64,000 bases of DNA from Histomonas meleagridis 2922-C6/04-290x (taxonomy: Eukaryota > Protista > Parabasalia). Made by a program: the position numbers and the translations under genes. Shown piece by piece: positions 34,450-47,000 of the stretch (positions are counted from its first letter, which is position 1; every line of letters starts with the position of its first letter). A model generated the notes under the pieces. It saw only the letters and a program-made list of their open reading frames with translations. It was not told the origin of the DNA and did no database searches. Location of the stretch: the NCBI GenBank assembly GCA_020184695.1, contig JAANOX010000069.1, forward strand, positions 186,001 to 250,000, in the 5' to 3' direction.

Positions 34450-35782
34450 ATGAGGAAAGTGATTACAATGCAAGTTGGCCAATGCGGTAACCAAATTGGC
34501 TATGAATTTTGGAAAAGACTTGCCCAAGAACATGGCATAGCTCCAGATGGTGTGCTTGAACATCCAGATGATACAATTGAAGATCGAAAAGACATTTTTT
34601 TCTATCCTGCAGATGATGGTAGATACATTCCACGCGCTATTTTGTTTGATTTAGAACCAGCCGTTATTGGCAACATTAAAAGATCCAATTATAAGAATTT
34701 TTATAATCCAGAAAACATGATGACACCAGAAGGTGGAGGTGCTGGAAATAACTGGGGTAAAGGATATGCATTTGGTGAACAAAACTATTCCGAGATTGCA
34801 GAAATGATTCGTCGAGAAGTTGAAGTTGCTGATGCACTTGAAGGTTTTATTCTATGTCATTCCATTGCAGGTGGTACAGGTTCAGGTGTTGGTTCACTTC
34901 TTCTTGAACGTCTCAATGATGAATATAGCAAAGCCACCACGATGACATATTCTGTATTTACAGATACTAAATCACCAGATGTTGTAGTTCAACCATACAA
35001 CTCTGTTCTTACACTTCGACGTCTTGCAGAGAATGCAGATGCCGTAGTTGTTTTAGATAATTCAGCATTATCATCAATTGCCTCATCCAAACTCAATCTT
35101 ACAGAACCTTCATTTAGTCAAATGAACGACCTTGTATCTGTTGTTATGGCAGCCACAACCACTACCCTTAGGTTCCCATCATACTCCAACAATAACATGG
35201 TTTCACTTCTTGCTCCATTAATTCCGACCCCTCCGTGTCACTTTTTGATGACTGGGTACACCCCAATTTCCCTATCGTCCACCCGACAAGTAGTACGTAA
35301 GACATCTGTTATTGATGTAATGAGTCGATTACTTGATTCAAAGAACATTATGATGAGTGCATCTGTTGATAAGGGCATGTATATCTCTATTTTAAACATT
35401 ATTCAAGGCGAAGTTGATCCATCTGAAATTCATAGCGCATTAAGACAAATTAGAGAAAATAAAGCATTAAGATTTATACCATGGGGACCAGCTTCATTTA
35501 CAATTGGCATTGTCAAGAAGAAGTCCATACGTAGAATCACCGAACAGAGTAACAGGTTTAATGCTTGCGAATCATACAAACATACGGAGTTTGTTCCAAG
35601 GAATTTTAAAGGAATTCGAAAAGATGTATAAAGTTGGCGCAAACCTTCATCTGTATAATGAATCTTCGGTTCTTAATGGAAGAACTCACGAAGAATTTAA
35701 TGAGTCTGTTCTTGCAATTAAAAAGTTAATTGGGGAATATTCTGCTGCGGAACGTGATGATTTCTTTACACTTGATGAATAA
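34450..35782 (+). CDS. TUBG: Gamma-tubulin (apparent +1 frameshift near 35497-35499)
   Basis: [39 protein letters not shown] and DVVVQPYNS motifs. The C-terminus (ALSRRSPY...GLMLANHT) continues in the +1 frame; removing one T of TCATTTACAA restores SLQLALSRR. Confidence 0.95.
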
Positions 35783-35898
35783 AATTTATATTTTTTTTCT
35801 TTTATTTTGTAAAATATAATTAATAATAATTTATGTTTATCTAAAAATTTTTTTTATTTATATATGAAATGTTCTGAACTAGAAAATATTTGAAAGTT

Positions 35899-38800
35899 TT
35901 AGGATTTTGGTGGTAATTTTATATTTAATACTTCTTTTTCAAATAAAATAATTTTTGGTGATGTTTTTTTGTGAACAAATCGATTATTTGTTTGCGTGCT
36001 TATGTCGATTTTGTCTTTTTTGATTTCTTTATTATTACTTTCCTCTATTATTTTTACCAATTTGTGCTCATGATAAATTCTTCGAGAACCATTAACTGGA
36101 GTGTTCCTGTTATTAGGTGTTGAATTAGTTGATTCGTTAACATTATTTCTTTTTTGCATGAACACATTATCAATTTTTGCTTGCCTTCTTGGTGCATTTA
36201 TATGAGATTTACCGAATAATTATAATAATTTCCAAATTATTTATAAAAACATTTTATATTGCTAATAAATATCATTCGATTTTATATCAGATATGTTTTT
36301 ATCACTAAATGGTAATAAATCATTTATTTCTTGATTTCGAGGAAATATTTTTGACATTTGATTTTTAAAAATTATATTGAAATTTTAACTATTTAAAATA
36401 AATATTAATAAAATTAATGAAATATTTTCGCCTTTTGTTTTAATAGCTCCATGTTTTTCTAGTAATTTAACTATTTCCGAATTTGGAGATGCATATGTAA
36501 GTGCTGTTCTAAATAATTTGAAGAATTTCCATCTATTTATTTGAAATATCAATTTATTAAAATAAATCCAAAATAAAACAAGGTAATATCATTAATATTA
36601 ACATCAATTCCTTTTTGTTCAAGAAGCAATTTAACTATTTCTATGTTACCTATTCCACATGCCATCATAAGTGCAGTCATTAATAAATTGGTTGAATTCC
36701 AAATATTATATTCAATTATCAAATTATTAAATTAAATTTTAAATAAAACATTTAAACATCTTGTTGATTAACATTAATTCCTTTTTGTTCAAGAAGCAAT
36801 TTAACTATTCCTATGTTATTTTTTATAGTTGCAGCCATAAGTGCTGTGTAAAATATTTTATATATTTTCTATATATTATTTTGGAACTTCAATTTATAAA
36901 AATAAATTTTAGACAAAACAAATAAATATTGTTAGCATTGACATTAATTCCATTATGGTCAAGTAATAATTGAACAATTTCTATATCACCTTTTATAGCT
37001 GCTATCATGAGTGCTGAAATAAATATTAATTCAAAATATCAAATATTCATTCAAAATATCAAATTATTAAAGTAAAGTCGAAAACGAATATATATATATT
37101 GCCTGCATTAACATTAGTTCCTTTTTGGTTTAGTAATAACTTAACTATTTTTATGTTACATTTTTCAGTTGCAATATGAAGAGGCATATTAAATAACTTA
37201 TATAATTTCCAAAGATAACTATAAAATATCAAATTATTTAAATAAATCCCAAATAAAATAAAAAATTATCACAAATATTAGTGTCAATTCCTTCATGTTC
37301 AAGTAATAATTGAACGATTTCTTCATTATTTTTTTTAGTTGCTAGAATAAGCGCTGAATCAAATAATTTAAATAATTTCCAAATATTACTTTGAAATATT
37401 ATATAAATTAAATAAATTTTATAAAAAATTTTTAAATATTTTTTACATTAGTTTCAATTCCTTCTTGTTTAAGAAGTAATTTAATTATTTCCACGTTACA
37501 TTTTGCAGATGCCCATATAAGTGCAGTATTAAATATTTTAAATAATTCCGAAATATTAATTTGAAATACTAAGTTATTTAAACAAGCTCCAAATACTAAC
37601 ACTAAACCCAATGATATTGAAATATATTTCAAACTACAATAATAAATATCCATAACATTTACATTAATTCCTTCTTGATCAAGAAGGAATTTAACAGTTT
37701 CTATTCGATCATTTTTACATGCATTCATTAATGCCGTTAAAAATAAATAGAACAAATTCCAAATGTTATTTTAAAATAGTATAAAATCATAAAAATAAAT
37801 AGAAAACAAAAAAAATAAACATCCAGATAATTGATATTTTCTCCATCATTTTCAAGAATATATTTTAAAGTTTCCATATTTTCAGGTTCTGCAGAATTGG
37901 GCAAAACAAGTTTAAGTAGAGGAATTGGGAGAAATTGCTTTATAAGATATACATTCCCAATATTTGCTGATTCGATAAGATCATTAGATCTATCTACTTT
38001 TATACCTTTTTCGACCAAAAATGAAAGAATTGAATAATTCCCATAATCAATTGAAACTTTTACCGACTTTTTAAGCGTTTGATTGAAGAGAATCATTTCA
38101 TGTGTCTCACCACATCCCCAATTATTTCCATGTGAACCATTGAGCCTCAATTGTCGTTCTTTTTCTTCATTAATTTTACACATTTTATTTTCATATAAAT
38201 AATGAAAGATATCGTTTCGATGAAATTTAACTGCTGTTTCATATGCATTTTCAAATAATGTATGATTTTGTTCACATAGATGAAGAATTTCTAAATTCCC
38301 ACCTGCAATCGCATATTTACCTGTACTTTCTAATTTTGCACCATTCACAAGTAAATATTTGAAACATTTAACAGATGAAAAAAATGCTGCATAATCAATT
38401 AATGTAACATTTTCTTCATTAACAAATGAACATCTTTCATAAGGCGATGGTTTTATTATTTGATTAAAGTCAAAATTTGTTTGTGATGATATTTCTTGAA
38501 GTTTTTCGATTTCATCATTCCGAATTATTTTCGCAATTTCATTCGGATTATTTCCTTCTTTAATTAATTTATCATCAAGTTTATTATTATTTTTCATTTG
38601 GTTATTCGAATGCTTATCGTAATAGTCATAAAATATATTATAATATTGAGTGTTTCCTTTTGTATGAAATTGGTTAAATAATTTTGAAATATCTTCTTTA
38701 ATTAAATTTCGTTCATTCATATGAAAAATTATATAAAAAGTTTCTTGTGATTTCATTTTACATATATGATTAATAAATATTTCAATGATTTTATAATTTT

Positions 38801-39162
38801 TCATTTATTTCTTTTTCTTTATTTTCAAGTGCTTCTAAATAATTTAAATATAAATCAATGTCACTTTTTCGAGATACAAATGCAGAATAGATTAAAATAC
38901 TTATAACAATATTAAATGAATATGGATAATTTGTGTCTAAAACATTCATTGTTTGTTCAATTGAATGTTGAAGATTTTCATTTGATAAATTAAAAACCAT
39001 TTCCTGAAGTGATACTAAGTATGGAAGATAATCTATACTATTTACAGGATCTGTTTGTAGATTTAATGAATATTCTGTGGAATTTGAGGAAGAATTCACT
39101 TGTGTTTTATGTAATGTTATATGAAATTTTAACGATAGGGTCATAACCGAAAATGTAAACAA
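35899..39162 (-). CDS. DUF3447/ankyrin-repeat protein C, interrupted by 40 17-nt inserts plus one +1 frameshift (about 860 aa if removed)
   Basis: Loops after removal: LDSYTGLTAL, MDEWGSRNTAL, KNKNGDSAL, CDGDGNMPL, GNRDDISAL, NNKERYTAL, QDKDGMTAL, NDWDGRTAL. Six further 17-mers join the frame to track ORF 35899-36165. There is one extra A near 38800 relative to paralog F; 3264-680-1 = 2583 nt = 861 codons. Confidence 0.75.
36214..37820 (-). other. Array of 40 non-canonical 17-nt inserts (locus C)
   Basis: All 40 parsed inserts are exactly 17 nt on the minus strand, most separated by single codons. Confidence 0.85.
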
Positions 39163-39479
39163 TTGAAAATTGGCTTGAAGATCATCAACATGAAAGCATT
39201 AAAAGCAGAAAAATCATACATTTAAACCCTTAACTAGGTCAAATTTTACAAAGCATTTTTTTAATAATAATTTTTTTTTTTTTATTTTGAAAATACTATT
39301 CTTGATCATTAGAAAATTTATTGATTTCTGTTTTAATTAACACAAAAATACCTCAGAGCTTGACAAGATTAAGCGCTGGATTAGCATAAAATAGGCAATT
39401 TTAAAGAAATTTTTACTCAAGTCAGAAGGCGAAGATATCATAAAGTTAACGTTCGCCATGGGTGAAAAGTGACAGATTG

Positions 39480-41159
39480 ATGAGCTTTGCTCTTGAAGAA
39501 GGAGAAAAAGAAAGCTATCATGACACAGCAAAATATGAAAACAAACCAGCCCGATTGATAGTAACAAATAAACGTGTGGTCATTATTTCTAAATCCGAAG
39601 TTGTTTTTGAAATAAGCTATTTTCAAATTTCTAATTTCAAGTACCAAAAGAAAACAATCGAAAACCCAACAAATAATACAAGCACAAGGTTTAGAATTAT
39701 TGATTTTGATGGCAATAATCATGATGTCAAATTCACTGGTATTGAATCTCCAAATAGCCTCAAAAAAAGTGTTGAACTCATTCGTTCTTTCTGGAAAAAA
39801 GCTAAAGAAGAAAAAGAAAAAGAAGAAAGTATTCCAGAAGAAGAAATGCAAACTCCAGAAGAAAAAGAAAAGAAAGAAGCTATTGTAGTTTCTCCTGAAA
39901 ATAGGCTCTATAATGAACTATATCAGCTTGATGCCGTCAAAAACATGTATACAGAACTTGTTGAAAGCGGTATAATTTCAAATGATGAATTCTGGAATAA
40001 TTTTAAGGTTGAAAGTTCCGAATACACTGTACATGAAGCCTATCAGTCACCAGGTTATTCAGGACGCCTTCTTTCTTCAGTTACAGCAAAATCATCAGAA
40101 GGATCAAATAATGTTACATTTTTCATGACACCTGAGATAGTCCGCCAAATATTTGCTAAGAAGCCCACTGTAGCCAAAATGCATCAGAAATTTCTCGAGG
40201 AAAACAAAACCGATGATGATGGTGATTTTTGGTTCCAATATTTCAAGAAGAAAGAGATGAAGCGCCAAAAGCGTAATGACAAAGAACATAATATATTTAA
40301 GAATGTTAAAATTGATACGCTCAAATTTGATGAAATTGCCCAAAGTAAACGTTATAAACAACTTGAGCCAGCTTCAATTTCAGGTCCTATAGGTGAAGAA
40401 ATACCTGGAATGGGCAATTTTAACAAGGAGTCGCTTCCATCACTTTCTGATCGAAAGATATCAAATATGAACACACATTCTGAACTTGCTTTGATTGAGA
40501 ACGGGGTGGTCCCGAACACGATAGAAAACGGTGAAATTCCCTCGGAGCGACCGTTAAATGTTCCAAACTATTTCGAAGACCTTATTCCAAGAGAAGAAAT
40601 TCCGGTCAAGAACCTTGTAATCGAAGAAAAGAAGAAACAAGAGAATGAAGTCTTGGAACCTGCATCCGAATTTGCTCAATGTGCTGGTGAATTTGCAGAT
40701 ATGATGTCATGCTATGAAAGTAATTTTTTATCACTTCCACTTCCAGTGGTGGCTGATTTCGCCAATGCTAGATGCGTATTAAAAGAGATTACACCTGAAC
40801 AAAATACTTTCTTTGCATATAGCCAAGAAAATTTGCGAGATATGCGAATCCGAAACGAAGTCGACAAACTTCGAACACATAAAATGGAACAACAAATCCT
40901 TTTATATCATTTTTGGAACAATTATTTTGGAGTCAAACAAGAAAACAAAGAAAAAGCATTGAGATTAAAACAAAAGATCGAAGAATTCAAGGAAATGCTC
41001 CACAATGAAATGCACTCGATACCGACAGAGACATTGCAGCAACAAGTATCGCCTTTGTACAAAGAAATGGAAGAGTCAATCGAAAAGGTTTTGAGTCTGT
41101 ACCAAGAAAAGCATCAAGCGGCAGCAGAAGAATTTGATATTAACTCTTTTTTCAATTAA
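39480..41159 (+). CDS. TFB1: TFIIH p62/Tfb1 subunit (PH-like + BSD domains)
   Basis: N-terminal PH-like region; BSD-like ISNDEFWNNF and FFMTPEIVRQIFAKKPTVAK...DFWFQYF. Confidence 0.75.
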   Translation: MSFALEEGEKESYHDTAKYENKPARLIVTNKRVVIISKSEVVFEISYFQISNFKYQKKTIENPTNNTSTRFRIIDFDGNNHDVKFTGIESPNSLKKSVELIRSFWKKAKEEKEKEESIPEEEMQTPEEKEKKEAIVVSPENRLYNELYQLDAVKNMYTELVESGIISNDEFWNNFKVESSEYTVHEAYQSPGYSGRLLSSVTAKSSEGSNNVTFFMTPEIVRQIFAKKPTVAKMHQKFLEENKTDDDGDFWFQYFKKKEMKRQKRNDKEHNIFKNVKIDTLKFDEIAQSKRYKQLEPASISGPIGEEIPGMGNFNKESLPSLSDRKISNMNTHSELALIENGVVPNTIENGEIPSERPLNVPNYFEDLIPREEIPVKNLVIEEKKKQENEVLEPASEFAQCAGEFADMMSCYESNFLSLPLPVVADFANARCVLKEITPEQNTFFAYSQENLRDMRIRNEVDKLRTHKMEQQILLYHFWNNYFGVKQENKEKALRLKQKIEEFKEMLHNEMHSIPTETLQQQVSPLYKEMEESIEKVLSLYQEKHQAAAEEFDINSFFN

Positions 41160-41770
41160 AATTAAAATTGTTTTTCACTTTGTTTTCGTTAGTCTATTCT
41201 TTGAAATCATTAGCATATAAACGAATGGAAATATTTATACATTTCTATTTGCGGAACAAAAAGAATTGGATTATGGAATAACGCGTGGATCAATTATAAC
41301 AGATGATTTAAAATAAAGAACATATGGTAATTATAATTTTGTTAATAGAGAACATGTGTGGGTTGCTGAAGAAGGATTTTTTAGTAATTGAAATTTAGAT
41401 ACAGAATAGAAATTCGATGGAATTTGCATTGTTAAATAATGATTTATGATTTATTAATGGTAAAATACCTTTTAGAACGAGGTGATAATTTTTATGCAAG
41501 TGAATATGTTTATAAATATGTAGTTAAAGATGTTGATAAAGAATTCGTTAATTATGGTGAAGCATATGCAAAGACACACTCAGATAAAAGAAATTTTTGT
41601 TCATGGGATTAAAAATGTTTTGTAAATTAATTGCTTTCGTGTTTATTAAAAGTTTTTATTGAATTAAATATTAATTCATAAATGAAGTAATTACTTATAG
41701 TTTGTTTTTGTTAAAAATTTATTTTTAATAAATCCTTTATCTTCAATATCACTTAATTCAGTGAGAATTT

Positions 41771-41838
41771 TATATATATATATATATATACTATATATAT
41801 ACTATATATATACTATATATATATACTATATATATAGT
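41771..41838. repeat. (TA)n / TATATATAC microsatellite
   Basis: tatatatata...ctatatatatactatatatatac... seen directly. Confidence 0.9.
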
Positions 41839-43523
41839 ATGCATAATATACATTAATGTTCTTCCTTAACTAGTGATTCATTCGAAGGGGATTTGCTATC
41901 AATATTTAATAAATTCAGTTTCATTTAACTTCTTTGCTCAAATGGCACCTTATCGACTTCAACAACATAAAGAATTATTTTATATGTCATTAGCAGTAGT
42001 TACATCATCATTTGATGAAGAGATTCCATCATTTTTAACTACAAACACATTAAAGAATTTGTTTAGTAATTCAAAATATTTCTTTAAAGTTATTAATGCT
42101 GATTTAATATCTAATCCAATGTTTAGTTTTTCGAATGCTTATCCACCATTATAAGCAGCATTAAAGTTATTATCTAAGTTAAAAATAGAAAATGATACAA
42201 AAACAGATCAAATTATATTAAACGCTTTATTAGGTTCATTAACTTTATGTCCATCTGAAACATGTTTAGCAGCCCAAATATTAAGTAAACAAAGTTTTAT
42301 ATTTGCTAAAGAAGTTGAAAATATGATAACTCTTCATTTGCAGTAGCAGCAGAACAACTTTTAAAGATTGATACTAAACATGTAATCTTCGAGCCTCGAA
42401 ATAATGATTTAAGGTAAATACTTAAATATCATCCTGATTTTGCATATTTAATATTTCAAAATCCACAAAAACAACATTTTTTAGTCGAAAAAGATGGACA
42501 TAAAACATTACAATCAGATAAAACATTCGAATGTAATGTTAATATTATCCTTCACGTTTACATTTAAGTCAACTTGCTCTAACACGTAAAGATAATTGGA
42601 TAGCAGTCGAAATGAATGATATAGAATCGAAAAGATTTGTTTTTGTTTTTCATTGACTTTTCACATGATATATTCCCTACAAATTCGATTGAACAAATTT
42701 TAAATAATTTCCGAGTTCGATATCCTGTTCCCAAAAAAGAAACATTAAGTTTAGCCGTATATGAAATAGAAGTCAATGTAAGAAATATATGTATAAGTTT
42801 TTCACATTATTAACTTCGAAACTTATAAATGAAATTTCATTCTGCCACAAAAACTTTGGTTATATCAATTCATTGGAACACTTGGTATTAATCTTAAAGC
42901 TAATCAAAAAGATAAAATCGATTCTATGTTAATTAGAAATGATAAAATTAATCCTGAGAAAGTTGATGAACATTCTTTTTTATATATAGAAATTATGCGG
43001 AATAACTCAAAATTTATTAATTCCGAATCTTCTAAAGTTTTGTTCGAAAATAATTTCCCAAATGTTTACCCATTACAAATCCCTTCGTTTGAAGTTCATT
43101 TGTTGAAAAATTTAAAAAATTATTTTTATAATGCTGATGCAACAAAAATTGAAAATAAATTTGCTAAATCAAATGAAAAATATCAAATTTTCGAACAAAT
43201 TATTTTTCCAGAATTCGCTGATATTTCCGATATTTGTATAAAAAGAAATTTCAAAATTGCAGAAAATACAAATAATTTCATAAACGCAATGGCTTCAAAC
43301 GCTACTGTGTTTTGTATTAAAGATACATTGCAAAGAGCGCATTGGAAAAATTGATATTAATTGTACATTAATAAAATTTATTTCGATATTAATTTTTTTT
43401 TATACTCAATACACAAAATTCAGTTGCGTTTTTCTAGAAACTGGACGCCAGAAATCTTAAACATATGTATAATATTAAAGCAGTTCAGATATCCATGATA
43501 TTATTGTCCTTAAAAACCTATTT

Positions 43524-43714
43524 TACGCTATGGAATTGATCCACTAATAAGAAATAAATGTGGCAATACTCAAAAACATGTTGGATGCAAAAATGGTGAT
43601 TTATCTGTTATTAAAGAACCACCAAACATATATTTCAGCGGATATTTCGATGATACCATGTTTTCACAAGGTTGTTTAGATTCAAAATGTTTATCAAATA
43701 TTTTTAAAAAATAA
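43524..43714 (+). pseudogene. Degenerate ankyrin-like remnant without 17-nt inserts
   Basis: Frame reads LRYGIDPLIRNKCGNTQKHVGCKNGDLSVIKE; no start codon or long ORF. Confidence 0.4.
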
Positions 43715-44014
43715 AAATCAAATCTGTAGCTGAATTTTGAAATAATCAACGATTTCATAAATGACACTCTAGACATTGATATATATTAAAATATTTCAAA
43801 ATCGATAATATAAATTTCAATTACCTTTAAATTGTGATTATTTTATATTGTAATCAAATGATATCAACAATTTTTTATCATAATGTTTTCATATTATTAG
43901 TCACTTTTTGAATGAAATCTCACTTTGTCAAAAAAGAAAATACGTTAGACTTGAGGTCCAACCAAATTTCATTTCACTTTTTGTTTACAAGAATAGAACA
44001 ACACATTTGATAAA

Positions 44015-47000
44015 ATGGAGGAAAGTCAAAAAACATATATTGAATGGCTTACCATATTACAAAAAGATTTAATGAACTTGAATTATGATAATTTTGAAAA
44101 AATTATTCAAAATGCAATTACTTATTTTGATATTGAATATCCTGTTTCATTTTCTAATGTTATTATTCATTTGATATATGAATCATTTATTTCACATGGC
44201 GGAGATTACTTTATTTATTTTCAATTTTTGCAAGAACTCGAAGAAAAAGAAAAAGAATTATATAATTTTAAAACTAATCTAATTTCTATTTTTTCAACAT
44301 TTCTTTTTTTCGAACAATCACAAGAATCGTATTATCTTCTTGAAATGCTGATTGCAAATGAAATGATCACACCAAAAATTGGGAAAAATAAAAATAATAT
44401 ATATTTTGCACATCATATTACAAATGATGATCCATATGTTTTAAAAAAGCAAAATTATGGAAATTATGATAAAATAACCAGAAAGCAATTTTATAAAGAA
44501 TTTATCAGTGTAATTGAATTCCATATTAAAGATAATAAAGATCCATCTGATGATGAAATATTGTATGATTATGGATCTCACATTGAATCAATAAATAAAG
44601 GTATTAATCCGAATGAAATTGCGAAAATAATTCGAAGTGACGAAATAAAAAAACTCCAAGAAATATCATCACAAACAGATTTTGATTTTAATCAAATAAT
44701 AAAACCATCATTATATGAAATACATACATTTATTAATCAAAAAAATGTTTCATTAATAGATTATGCGGCATTTTTTGGATCAATTAAATGTTTTAAATAT
44801 TTACTTCTTAATGGTGCAAATACATATAACACATTTAAATATGCAATTGCAAGTGGAAATATTGAAATCATTCATTTATGCGAACAATATCATTCATCAT
44901 TTCAATATGCTTATGAAACAGCAATTCAATTCCATAAAAATGATATTTTTAAATATCTTTATGAAAATAAAATTGTCGAAATTAATAATTTTGAAGAATT
45001 AGGTAAGAAATGTATTCAATCAAGTAATTATGAAATGTTTTCATATTTGAAAAAAGAAGGATTAACAATTACAGATGATATTATTTATGAATCATCAAAA
45101 ATTGGTAATATATTTATTATTCAAAAATTTCTTGAAGAAAATAAAATACCGAAATATATTTTATTATATGCAGTTTTATCATGTAATAATGAAATTGTTA
45201 AATATATTCTTAAAAGAAATGATGTATATATTGATTTTGCTTATTTTTATTATTAATATTTAATGTTTTAAAATTAAATCTGGAATTAAATTAAAATAAT
45301 TATAAATCCTCTTCTGTATGCAACAAAAAATTATTTAATTGATATTGTTAAATCACTTTTAGAACATAAGGAAATTAATGTAAATGTTAAAGATATTTAT
45401 ATGTTTTGCATGAAGTATTTCCCAAATATTCCAAATTTCTTTTTTATTTATGGAATCTTTCTAAATTATTTAAAACACCTCTTATTTGGGCAATCAAAAA
45501 AGGTTACTATGATATTGTAAAATTGCTTCTTGAAAAAGAAGGAATTGATGTTAATTTGAAATATGTTTCTTTTGAATTTACAAAATTTTTAAATAAAATT
45601 TAGAGATAATATCCATTATTTAAAACTTCCTTATTATACTCAATCAAAAATAATCAATTAAAAATGGTTAAATTGCTTCTTAAAAATAAAAAAATCGATA
45701 TCAATGCTAAAGACATTTATAATTTTTTTTCAAATTTTCTTTAAATTTTATTATATTTTAAAATAATATTTGGAAAATATTTAAGCTATTTAATACAGCA
45801 CTTATGATTGCATCTGAGAATGAGAACACCGAAATTGTTAAATTACTTCTTGAGAAAGAAGGAATTGACATTAATGCTAAAGATATTTATTTATTTTGTT
45901 TGATATTTTAATTCCAAAATAATATTTGGAAATTATTTAAATTATTTCAAACAGCACTTATTAAAGCGTGTGTGAGAGATAATACAGAAATAGTTAAATT
46001 ACTTCTTGAAAAAGAAGGAATTGATATTAATGCTAAAGATATTTATTTATGTTTAATACTTTAATTCCAAAATAATATTTGGAAATTATTTAAATTATTT
46101 GAAACAGCACTTATGATTGCATCTGAGAATGAGAACACCGAAATAGTTAAATTACTTCTTGAAAAAGAAGGAATTGATATTAATGTTAAAAATATTTATT
46201 TGTTTTGTTTAAAATTTATTATAATAATTTGATATTTTACAATAATGTTTGGAGATTATTTAAATTATGTAAAACAGCACTTAAATTTTCATTAGAAATA
46301 AATAATAATGAAATTGTACAACTCATATCTGAAAAAGAAAGAATTATTAAGAATAATACTAAAATTAATTTTTTTTATAACCAGTTTTTTATATTGGTTT
46401 CTTATTTCAATATAATATATGAAGTTTCTTCAAATGATTTAAATCACGAATTATGGAAATGTTTTTGAATGGTATTTTTGATTCCACTGAATTATACAAT
46501 GAAGAAGAAGTAAATGATTTAGACAATGACATATTTATTTAAAGTTTTTGATTTTTAAATTTCATATAAAATTTCTTAACATTATTTTATGCAATATTTA
46601 TAAATATTATAGCAAATGGATTTAACGAAATTATAAAAAATTTACTTGAATTAGAGGGGTATCATAATTTTGATGAAGAAATTGTTTATTTCATTTATAT
46701 ATATTTGATGAGTTATTTAATCAAATCTCGATGTGTAATATCATTGATACAGTTAAAATTTTGCTGAAAACAAATATTTATAATAATGATAATGTTTATT
46801 CTCTAAATTTGATGTTTTTTTATAAATATATAAATCAACAAATAAAAAATCACTAAAAGGCCATGATTTTATCCTAAAATTACTTAATGAAGATCATGAT
46901 TTTAATTATGATAAGAAAGATATCCATTTATCAAATTTAATTTTTAACAATTAAAGCTCCTTCAATAGAATTTATTCAAAATCAAATTATTGATTTCGTT

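Noticed and set aside
16090-35782. Gamma-tubulin and GCP-family gene forming a cluster
   Set aside because: They are about 16 kb apart with unrelated genes between; no evidence of co-regulation.
41200-43360. Short ORFs and coding-like fragments between Tfb1 and locus D (also 48300-49520 and 55040-56340)
   Set aside because: Multiple stops, no recognisable family and no 17+3 periodicity; treated as decayed sequence.
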